DNA of 22,051 bases from contig JBFMGO010000005.1 of the NCBI GenBank assembly GCA_040752695.1, positions 31,722-53,772 on the forward strand, written 5' to 3'. The notes beneath the pieces are model-generated. The model did no database searches. It saw only the letters and a program-made list of their open reading frames with translations, and was not told the origin of the DNA. Both the position numbers and the translations under genes were made by a program. Below, one piece after another: positions 1 through 8,269 of the stretch (position 1 is the stretch's first letter; every line of letters starts with the position of its first letter). This stretch comes from a bacterium. Its GTDB lineage: Bacteria > SZUA-182 > DTGQ01.

Positions 1-3000
1 CCCGATCTCCCCCTTGAATTCCCAACTCCTGCCTCAGGGAATGATTCAAAGCTTCGGCTTTGACCAGGGAGCAGTCGAATGATCCGGTGATCTTTTGAGA
101 TGAAACAATCAAAATCTCCTGATCCCCGACTTTCCCTTTCAGTTTCGCCGAAGATACTTCCAGGCGGTCGCCAGCGGCAATATCCGCCTCGCCGCTTTGC
201 ATGGTTATCTTCACGGTATCATAGGCATGCCCGGCTGTATTCAGCCACTCTATCCGAGCGGGCTTGCCCCATTTTTTCCTGATTGGGGTGCCTTCAGCGC
301 TATCATCGCCATAGACATCGAAAACAGCACTCACATCGTTTGGATCTTTGACTACATCAGGCCCATTGGTGGACACATTGAAGGTAATCGTCAACTCGTC
401 CCCATCGTCGATCCCTGCGCCGCCACTTTTTGCATTCCATGCCTCAGCCTTGACGATACGCGGATTGACATGAGGCAGGGCAGTCACTCCGTTGAATTTT
501 ACTTCGTGGAAGAGATAGCCAAGGGGTCCCGGACCTACCCGCCATCCCCTCACTCTGATATACCTGCCTATGGCATCGAACTGAGGGCTGTTGTGCTTCT
601 CACCCTTGATCAGCGTTACCTTCCACGGCCCATCTGCCGTGTCAGTTAATGAAGAGTCCGGACTGTAGAGCGGTGAATTCTGGTCACACTCCGGATCATC
701 GCTAACCCATACCCTGACCGCATCTTCGCCAGTACCGGTCCCTCCGGTTGTGATTTGAATCTGGAAAATCCGGTAAACTGCACCAAGATCATAGGTAATC
801 TCTCCCTCAGGAGACGATTGCAGGAACCAGAAAGTGTTCGGATCGCCATCGATCGAGCGGTAATTTTCGTGGTTACGCGTTCCCTGATGATTCGAGCAGG
901 AAACCGCCTTCGGACTGATCCAGACAGGCCCAAAGGAGCCTTCCAGCACAACAGAGCCGGTTATGGTACTGCCTGATATGTCGCGGATGTTGGGATCACT
1001 GAGAGTGACCGTATCGCCAACAGCAATTGTGGAAGCGGGAAGTCCGCTGCCAAAGGTCACGGTCAGCGTATCGGCAACAGGACTGCTCCATTCGATTTTC
1101 TGTACCTGGCCCCAGGAATGATCGTTATTCAGCCGCAGGGCCTGGCTTATCGTGGCAGGAGTCAGGTGAGCTCCATCGCCAAGAGTGGGACCTGAGAAGG
1201 AAATGATTACCCGGTCTCCCTCACGGGCATCCAACTCCTCGTCAGGTGAGTGATTCTCGGCATAAGCCTTGACCACTCCGCAGTCAAAGGTTCCCGTTAT
1301 TTCCCGGGCCGAGAGCACCGGCACATCGGCTCCGCCGACTTTTCCCTTGAGTTCTCCCGATCTCACCACCAGGTAATCACCCGCAGTGATGGCAGCATCC
1401 TGCTGCACGACAGTACCCAGGGTTATCCTTACCGTATCGTTTGAATGTCCACCCGCATCCGACCACTCTATCTTTCTGAGAGAGCCCCATTGCTTCCTGA
1501 CCGTGTAGTACAAATCTCCATAGACTTCGAAAGCGGATCGTACATCGTTTGGATCATCGATCACCTCAGGGCCATTCGTAGAGGTATTAAAGGTAATGAC
1601 CAGGTGGTCTCCATTATCGATCCCCTTGCCTCCGAAAGAACTATTCAAAGCCACGGCACCCGCTATCTGAGGATCATTCCTGTTCGGATCAAACGATCCT
1701 TCCAATAAAACCGACCCTGTCAGCGGATTCCCTGCCTGATCAAGAACTGCGTCCTTCCCAAGAGTGATGAAGTCGCCAACCGCAATCGTGGAAAAAGATG
1801 TATCACTGTCAAAGGTTATGGTTAAGGTATCGTGTACGGGTGCATTCCACTCAGCCTTCTGTATCTTGCCCCATACATGGCCGTTGCTCAATGGCAGTGC
1901 CTCATCGAGTGAGGCTGCATCTATCTCTTTCTCCGATGTAGATCCTGCAAAGGTGAGAACTACCCGATCTCCCCCTTGAATTCCCAACTCCTGCCTCAGG
2001 GAATGATTCAAAGCTTCGGCTTTGACCAGGGAGCAGTCGAATGATCCGGTGATCTTTTGAGATGAAACAATCAAAATCTCCTGATCCCCAACTTTCCCTT
2101 TCAGATTTTCCAAAGCACCTTTATTGAAATTTCCCGGTATCACCTTCAGCCAGTCACCAGAAGCGATGAGGGAATCCCTGCTCAGGACGATCGTTACCGT
2201 ATCATTGGAATGACCAGCCGCACAAGACCATTGTATGCCTTCTTTCGTGAGCGGTCCCCATTCTTTCCTGCTTCCATCTTCATAGACTTCGAAAACTGCC
2301 CGGACACTGTTTGGATCTTTGATTACCTCGGGGCCATTAGTAGCTACGTTAAAGGTAATGGTCAACAGCCTTCCATTCTCGGTCCCTCCGCTGCCACTCG
2401 GCGTAATAACACTGCCTTCAGCCTTGACGATGCGCGGATTGACATAGGTCAGGGCAGGCACTCCCTTGAATTTTACTTCGTGGAACAGTTCCCCAAGAGG
2501 ACCGTGGCCTTCCCGCCATCCCCTCACCCTGATATACCTGCCTATGGCATCGAACCGGGGGCTGTCGTATTCTTCTTTTTCGATGAGCGTTACCTTCCAC
2601 GGCCCATCTGCCGTGTCAGTTAATGAAGCGTCCGGACTGTAGAGCGGAGAATTCTGGTCACATTCCGGATCACCGCTCACCCAGACTCTGACCGGAACCG
2701 AGCCGCTGCCTTTACCAGTCGTGATCTGGACCTGCGAAATCCAATAGAATGCACCAAGATCATAGGTAATCTCGCCTTCTACAGCTCCGCCCAGGAACCA
2801 GAAAGTATTCGGATCTCCATCGATCGAGCGGTAATTCTCATGTTTGAAGGTTCCCTGATTGTTCGAGCACAATACCGCCTTCGGGCTGCTCCAGTAATCA
2901 ACCGGGGCAAAGGAGCCTTCCAGTACAACAGAGCCGGTTATGATATTGCCTGATATGTCGCGGATATTGGGATCACCGAGAGTGATCGTATCGCCGACGG

Positions 3001-3650
3001 CAATTGTGGAAGCGGGAAGTCCGCTGCCAAAGGTCACGATCAGGGTATCGGCAACCGGGCTGCTCCATTCGATTTTCTGTACCTGGCCCCAGGAATGATC
3101 ATGATTCAGCCGCAGGGCCTGGTTTATCGAAGCGGGAGTCAGATGAGCTCCATTGCCAAGGGTGGGACCTGAGAAGGAAATGATTACCCGGTCTTCCTCA
3201 CTGGCATCCGGCTCCTCTCCCGGCGAGTGATTCTCGGCATAAGCCTTGACTAAGGAACAATCGAACGTTCCAATAATCTTCCGGGGCGAAGCGGTTGTAA
3301 TCGTAACGTTTTTATCACCGACTATCCCGGAGAGTTTTCCCGGTATCACTTTCAGATAACACCCGGCAGCAATGGCATCCAAAGAAGTATCTTTGCTTAA
3401 GATTATCCTTAACGTATCATGAGAGCGGCCTCCTGCATCCGACCACTCTATACCCCTGAGAGGCCCCCATGCTCTCTTGCGGGTGCAGCCCTCGTCTTCA
3501 TAGACTTCAAAGGAAGCCGTTACATCACTCCGGTCGCTGATCCCTTCATAGCCGTTCGTAGCCGTAGAGAAAGTAAGGACCAGTTGGTCACCGTCATCGA
3601 TTCCCCTGCCGCCGGAAGGATTGTTCAGGGCTTCGGCCCGCAGGAGAAAA
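1..3650 (-). repeat. Intragenic tandem duplication, unit ~1.96-1.98 kb (~655-660 aa): [A-B-discoidin-A'-B'], nearly two copies visible
   Basis: 1-142 matches 1963-2104 with one mismatch (offset 1962). 611-660 matches ~2585-2634 (offset 1974). 1261-1273 matches 3238-3250 (offset 1977). All offsets are multiples of 3. Protein sub-repeats of ~115-135 aa share KA.A.N...GIDDGD.L.ITF...WG...EWS...DT..I...I..GD...GSF. Confidence 0.93.
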
Positions 3651-6600
3651 TCGATATCATTGGGATCTACGTGAGGTGACCGGAAATACTTGCCTGAAGT
3701 CGGATGGCAGGTATTGCAGATTCCGGTCTTCGAAACCCCGACATTGCCTCTCGGAAACTGTTCGAAGACCACGCCGCCGATACTGTTGACCAACTTGGTA
3801 TCCTCTGGCGGATCGGGTAAATAATGGAAATTGATTCCGGGAACTTTATCAGGAGGTTCGGAACCGGGAGTACTGATAAGCTCTCCGTGCCGCATCATCC
3901 TGGGCGATGGTGAACCATGCACGTTATGACATGCCGGGCAACTGATAGAGGAATCTCCGGTATTGTCCCAACTGGAAGTCCAGTCCAGGGCAGTACCGTT
4001 AAACCTGGCTTTCAAATGGTGGAGGTGATAGTTCGGATTCTTGTTGGGATCATAAAAGTTCGTTTCTCCGGGACCATCGGCATCACCCAATAAAGCGCCG
4101 ATATCCTGGTGACACTTGAAACATAAGGCAAAGTCCGTCCAATATTTTTGAGGATCATTGTTCGGACTGGGTGGATTCGTAGAGTTCGGTCTTCTGGGAA
4201 TATCCAGAGGCCGGGTTAAATTCGTTACCTCTTTTTCCGGCCAGTTCACTGCCTTGAGCCGGTATCCATCCCGGTAGTTATCTTGGGAGGCTGAATAGGT
4301 TCTGTGGGTATGATCAATGTGTCGCAGACTCCCGTCATGACAGTCAGTACAGGATGCTCCGGCACCGTTTGCCCCGGATGCCGCATAGTGATCGGCTCTG
4401 CTCAGACCGTGCCCGGTCACAAAATAACCGTATCCCGTTCCATACGGGGTTATCGCTTTCTCATCCCCGGCCACATTCGGGGCCTTTACATTCGGATCTG
4501 TCTGACACAGATCGCTCCGGCTGCTGGCAGGCGCTTTGTCGTGGCAGCCGACACACCACCCGTTTATCCCCGCTTTCAATATCAGGCTGTCATCTGCTGC
4601 TGCCTCGTACACGCCGGTCTTCCAGTTATCCTTGGCATCCTTTACGCCATCGTAGTCCCCTGCCGGGCTATGGCATGAATCGCATACCGTGGTTGAGCCA
4701 AAATCATGTCCATCTCTGAAGCTTATTTCACCGTCGCAATGGGCTGGATCATCATGAGATGAATGACACTCGCTGCACCACCTGTCCTGAGCACCAGCCG
4801 GCTCCCATGAATGGGGTCCCCTTTGAGCGATCAAGTGAACATAATGGCCATCCTTGGCCATGGTCTTATCCTGATCGTTGGGATCATACACTTCATGACA
4901 GGTCCCGCAAACCGATTGATTCTGCGATTGGCCATCCTCCGGATTCCAATCCCAGGAGACGGGGAGAGGCTCATTATCACTGAGACGGCGATGACAGGAA
5001 ACAGTACAGGTGTGATTATTATCACTGCCGGTACCACCGGAAGATGCCAGCCTGAACGGCTTATTCTTACTATTACTGCTGCCATTACTATTATTATTGC
5101 CATTATTACCGGTCGTATAGGTCCACTGTGGATCAGGCAGGCCATCGGGACCAGCGAAATAGACGTCTTTCCGGCCATTGACATGGAAAAGATGCTTCCT
5201 TTCATCCGTGACATCAACCCGGATGGTATTCGAGTTTACATTGCAGGTGTTTGCATGGCAGCGGTTGCACAGGATCTTCGCCTGTCCGGCTTTTTCCCCC
5301 TTGGTCACCACGACGTGCTGGCGGTGGTGAGAGGAAAGCTGCCATTTTTCCGGCACCGGGTATCCGGGATCAGGATCGAGAAACCCATGACAGCTATTGC
5401 AGGCTGCACCCGTGTCGGGATTCTTGTCAGGATCATCCCAGGTCAGGTGAAAGGATGGGTTCGCTACATAGCTGTTCTCCCGATAATAGGCAGAGTTCGG
5501 ATCATCGGAAATGCTGAGCGGATTGGCGTTGCTGTGACACCAGACAGCACTGCACGAGTTGACGATAAACGTACTCTGGTCGGTCCACATGACGCAGGTA
5601 CCGTTCCCTCTGGTATCGTCGCACTTTCCGGGATTAGCCGCATTATCATACGAAGGATCATACGAACGAGCGTCATATTTCGGTTGAGGCGTGATGAAAG
5701 GAGCACCCTCCTCGTAAGGATTCCGGTAAAGGGACCGATACTGGTAAGATCCGCCATGAATGGACCACTCTTTCCAGTCAATCGAATCGTCATGGAAGCA
5801 TATCTCCACCCACTGATTATCCGAATCAGGCACATGATGTGTGGCATGATTGACATGCGTAGCCTTATGCCCTGTATCCGTACTCAGCCACGAATGACAC
5901 ATTTCACAGGCAAAAGCATAGGTGGTGGTATGAATCTTGTGAGGGCCGGTATACTTCTGGATGTCAGCCTGCCAGACTCCCTGGTCTGCATGGCATATGT
6001 TACAGCTTCCGGGTGAGAGATGATGGACATTCTGTGATTTTTCATCGATATAGCTTCCGCCGTGGCAATCGTGGCAGCTTTCCTTTGCCCCCTTCTTATG
6101 CTCTGCAAAGTCAGGGATGGGCTTCATAAAAATCCCTTCGACATACCTGTCGTCACACACTTCATCGCTGTCCTTCGGAGTGCAGTCGGAAGGAACATGG
6201 CAGCCGAAACAGAACCTGCGGGAGGAATTGGGATCGGTAAGCGTATCTCCCAGATTATCCCAGCCTGGCCGCTCATCGGAAAGGAGGTGCCGGTTGGGGT
6301 TCCTATTTTCATTTTCGTTTCCGCCATGCCCCAGCGAGCCATGAGGATTATGGCAGTTTGAGCAGGCCAGTTTATCGCCCGGCCTTGCGAATCCGTCTGA
6401 ACTTTTAATTTGATGCCCGGCATAGTTGTCAGGCTGCCGGTAGTAGGTTTCGATTTTCTGGGTCTCCTCCCTCATTCCATTGGGGGCCCAGGCAGGATCG
6501 TCGCCATGGCAGTTAAAGCACAGCTCGTAGTTGTTAGGGTCATTGGCCGAGTTTACCGTTCCTTTATAGGAAGCTTTGAGCATATCGTATTTACTGCCTG

Positions 6601-8119
6601 TGCCGTGGGGTTTATGACAGTGCATACAGGAGCCCTCGTCGCAGTCCGGGCCGCATAAATCGCTTTTCATCTTCCCGTGCGGGGAGAAATTCGGATCGTC
6701 GATATGAACGTAAGCAGCCTGCCCTGGCCATCTTACCCGGTAGTCCAATCCGCCTTTGCGCTTTCCCGTTGCCGCATCATTTGCTTCAAAATAACCGCCA
6801 TACGGCTTGTCTTTTTCCTCGATCCGTATCAGTATTCCCTTGTCGGACAATTCCTCGGTCTTCGTATAAAACTTTGGAGTTTTCCCATGACACTCGGCGG
6901 ACAGACAGAAAAATTTGTTATTCTCCCCAAACAGGTTATAGGTGTAATAAGAACGCAATCCGCTCGGGTCTCCCAATTGAGGATCGCGCGGTGTACCATG
7001 CTGCTGATGGCAGTGTTCGCATTCACCTCTTTGGAATTTATCAGTCCGGTATACCCCGAAATTGGGATCTGCATGGGGACTGGATTCGTAGTTCCCGTCA
7101 CCGATATTATGACATGCCTGACAGGTATCCCGCATATACTGGCCATCTTCCCTCTCGGGATCAGCAGTATTCTCCCACAAAAGCCCATACTCGTGAGTCG
7201 ATCCGTGGGCCTTATGGCAACTGCCGCAAAAAGGCCGGTCTTCCCCCCGGTTATCCGGATATATCGTTACAGCCGGAGGGCTGGTTGGAATCCCTGATGC
7301 ATTCTGTGATGACCACTGCTCATGAATGGAGGGGTTGTCTCTCATGGCAATGGTATTGGTTGGATGAAGATTCCAGTGCTTATCACCCTCCCCACTATGA
7401 TGAAACGCCGGATTGAAGTCCGGATGACAGGCGGCACACCAGGAAGAAAGCCCTACGCTTTTTTCCCCGCCCGTTCCCTCTTCCAGCCGATAAATAATAT
7501 TGGATACATCGTAGCGGGCAAAGTCATTGGGGTCCATGAGGTCAACCAGTATCTGAATGCCCTTTCCTTCATTCCCGGCCACAGAGGTGCCTGCAAAATA
7601 GGTTACCGGGGAATCTGCAGAATCAGTCAAAGGTTTTGGGCGAAGATTCCGATAATATGAATTGCCATGGGGATCATGACAGGAAGTGCACGACAATTTC
7701 TTATCCCATCTTCCAGGGTAGCCTGGAGGCGAAAGGGTACTTCCCATCGTGTGGCCATGGACTAAAGGGTGATTGGGATCCACGGTTTTATCCAGTTCAT
7801 CCAGATGTCCGGCGGAACTCTGATAATTACGGGATGTTGGATGTATGACATCCGGTGCCTTACGGTCATATCCGTCATGACACATGAGGCACATTTCGGA
7901 GGTGATATTTTTTAAGAGAAAATCCGAAGGCGCATCTCCCCAAGCACGGGCACCAGCAGGGACTTGCGGGATCTTGCCATCCTGACTGAAATGCAGGGTA
8001 TGGCAGTCGTAGCAATTCAGGTTCTTGCCCTTGACATGATAATTCCCTGCTTTAACGAAAGAAAGAGGGAAGATTGATAATACACAAAACCATACAATGG
8101 TAGAGACAACTTTCTTCAC
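2..8119 (-). CDS. Giant secreted multiheme cytochrome c (27 heme motifs; N-terminal OmcS-like module) with C-terminal beta-repeat/discoidin tail; 3'-partial, >=2706 aa
   Basis: Manual translation from GTG at 8119 (in-frame TAA upstream at 8138-8140; alternative GTG at 8131): MKKVVSTIVWFCVLSIFPLSFVKA|GNYHVKGKNLNCYDCHTLHFSQ... I found no stop in this frame down to base 2, and the ORF track lists no closed ORF in this frame. Motifs in order: CYDCH, CLMCH, CTSCH, CAACH, CGSCH, CQACH, CEHCH, CLSAECH, CMHCH, CFNCH, CSNCH, CFGCH, CHDCH, CNICH, CEMCH, CSAVWCH, CNSCH, CNRCH, CTVSCH, CGTCH, CSECH, CDSCH, CVGCH, CTDCH, CFKCH, CPACH, CNTCH (approx. 8014 down to 3704). No heme motifs below ~3700. Confidence 0.95.
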   Translation of the reverse strand, partial: MKKVVSTIVWFCVLSIFPLSFVKAGNYHVKGKNLNCYDCHTLHFSQDGKIPQVPAGARAWGDAPSDFLLKNITSEMCLMCHDGYDRKAPDVIHPTSRNYQSSAGHLDELDKTVDPNHPLVHGHTMGSTLSPPGYPGRWDKKLSCTSCHDPHGNSYYRNLRPKPLTDSADSPVTYFAGTSVAGNEGKGIQILVDLMDPNDFARYDVSNIIYRLEEGTGGEKSVGLSSWCAACHPDFNPAFHHSGEGDKHWNLHPTNTIAMRDNPSIHEQWSSQNASGIPTSPPAVTIYPDNRGEDRPFCGSCHKAHGSTHEYGLLWENTADPEREDGQYMRDTCQACHNIGDGNYESSPHADPNFGVYRTDKFQRGECEHCHQQHGTPRDPQLGDPSGLRSYYTYNLFGENNKFFCLSAECHGKTPKFYTKTEELSDKGILIRIEEKDKPYGGYFEANDAATGKRKGGLDYRVRWPGQAAYVHIDDPNFSPHGKMKSDLCGPDCDEGSCMHCHKPHGTGSKYDMLKASYKGTVNSANDPNNYELCFNCHGDDPAWAPNGMREETQKIETYYRQPDNYAGHQIKSSDGFARPGDKLACSNCHNPHGSLGHGGNENENRNPNRHLLSDERPGWDNLGDTLTDPNSSRRFCFGCHVPSDCTPKDSDEVCDDRYVEGIFMKPIPDFAEHKKGAKESCHDCHGGSYIDEKSQNVHHLSPGSCNICHADQGVWQADIQKYTGPHKIHTTTYAFACEMCHSWLSTDTGHKATHVNHATHHVPDSDNQWVEICFHDDSIDWKEWSIHGGSYQYRSLYRNPYEEGAPFITPQPKYDARSYDPSYDNAANPGKCDDTRGNGTCVMWTDQSTFIVNSCSAVWCHSNANPLSISDDPNSAYYRENSYVANPSFHLTWDDPDKNPDTGAACNSCHGFLDPDPGYPVPEKWQLSSHHRQHVVVTKGEKAGQAKILCNRCHANTCNVNSNTIRVDVTDERKHLFHVNGRKDVYFAGPDGLPDPQWTYTTGNNGNNNSNGSSNSKNKPFRLASSGGTGSDNNHTCTVSCHRRLSDNEPLPVSWDWNPEDGQSQNQSVCGTCHEVYDPNDQDKTMAKDGHYVHLIAQRGPHSWEPAGAQDRWCSECHSSHDDPAHCDGEISFRDGHDFGSTTVCDSCHSPAGDYDGVKDAKDNWKTGVYEAAADDSLILKAGINGWCVGCHDKAPASSRSDLCQTDPNVKAPNVAGDEKAITPYGTGYGYFVTGHGLSRADHYAASGANGAGASCTDCHDGSLRHIDHTHRTYSASQDNYRDGYRLKAVNWPEKEVTNLTRPLDIPRRPNSTNPPSPNNDPQKYWTDFALCFKCHQDIGALLGDADGPGETNFYDPNKNPNYHLHHLKARFNGTALDWTSSWDNTGDSSISCPACHNVHGSPSPRMMRHGELISTPGSEPPDKVPGINFHYLPDPPEDTKLVNSIGGVVFEQFPRGNVGVSKTGICNTCHPTSGKYFRSPHVDPNDIDFLLRAEALNNPSGGRGIDDGDQLVLTFSTATNGYEGISDRSDVTASFEVYEDEGCTRKRAWGPLRGIEWSDAGGRSHDTLRIILSKDTSLDAIAAGCYLKVIPGKLSGIVGDKNVTITTASPRKIIGTFDCSLVKAYAENHSPGEEPDASEEDRVIISFSGPTLGNGAHLTPASINQALRLNHDHSWGQVQKIEWSSPVADTLIVTFGSGLPASTIAVGDTITLGDPNIRDISGNIITGSVVLEGSFAPVDYWSSPKAVLCSNNQGTFKHENYRSIDGDPNTFWFLGGAVEGEITYDLGAFYWISQVQITTGKGSGSVPVRVWVSGDPECDQNSPLYSPDASLTDTADGPWKVTLIEKEEYDSPRFDAIGRYIRVRGWREGHGPLGELFHEVKFKGVPALTYVNPRIVKAEGSVITPSGSGGTENGRLLTITFNVATNGPEVIKDPNSVRAVFEVYEDGSRKEWGPLTKEGIQWSCAAGHSNDTVTIVLSRDSLIASGDWLKVIPGNFNKGALENLKGKVGDQEILIVSSQKITGSFDCSLVKAEALNHSLRQELGIQGGDRVVLTFAGSTSEKEIDAASLDEALPLSNGHVWGKIQKAEWNAPVHDTLTITFDSDTSFSTIAVGDFITLGKDAVLDQAGNPLTGSVLLEGSFDPNRNDPQIAGAVALNSSFGGKGIDNGDHLVITFNTSTNGPEVIDDPNDVRSAFEVYGDLYYTVRKQWGSLRKIEWSDAGGHSNDTVRITLGTVVQQDAAITAGDYLVVRSGELKGKVGGADVPVLSAREITGTFDCGVVKAYAENHSPDEELDAREGDRVIISFSGPTLGDGAHLTPATISQALRLNNDHSWGQVQKIEWSSPVADTLTVTFGSGLPASTIAVGDTVTLSDPNIRDISGSTITGSVVLEGSFGPVWISPKAVSCSNHQGTRNHENYRSIDGDPNTFWFLQSSPEGEITYDLGAVYRIFQIQITTGGTGTGEDAVRVWVSDDPECDQNSPLYSPDSSLTDTADGPWKVTLIKGEKHNSPQFDAIGRYIRVRGWRVGPGPLGYLFHEVKFNGVTALPHVNPRIVKAEAWNAKSGGAGIDDGDELTITFNVSTNGPDVVKDPNDVSAVFDVYGDDSAEGTPIRKKWGKPARIEWLNTAGHAYDTVKITMQSGEADIAAGDRLEVSSAKLKGKVGDQEILIVSSQKITGSFDCSLVKAEALNHSLRQELGIQGGDR

Positions 8120-8269
8120 GTCTAATTCCACAGCGCATTATACATCGTTAAATTTACGGGGGGAGCACTCTTCACTTTACATTACGATGCAGATAACTCC
8201 TGACCTGATCATCTTATCTATGCTTTTCTCATAAGCCCATCCAAGTACACGTTTTTCCCTTGTCCACGC

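Noticed and set aside
1..3650. Repeats as a CRISPR array or a DGR template/variable repeat pair
   Set aside because: The units are ~2 kb, in frame and protein-coding, with no repeat-spacer periodicity. Differences include indels and are not visibly adenine-specific, and there is no reverse transcriptase in the window.
100..7848. Numerous plus-strand ORFs (e.g. 4811-6016, 401 aa; 6677-7297; 6769-7416) and short minus-strand ORFs
   Set aside because: They are antisense or off-frame shadows of the giant cytochrome gene. Their Met-Ala/Met-Thr richness simply mirrors Cys-His codons, and they have no recognisable domains.
8084..8119. Lipoprotein signal on the giant cytochrome (Cys12)
   Set aside because: IVWFC is not a lipobox, and the hydrophobic stretch continues to a signal peptidase I-like VKA|G site.
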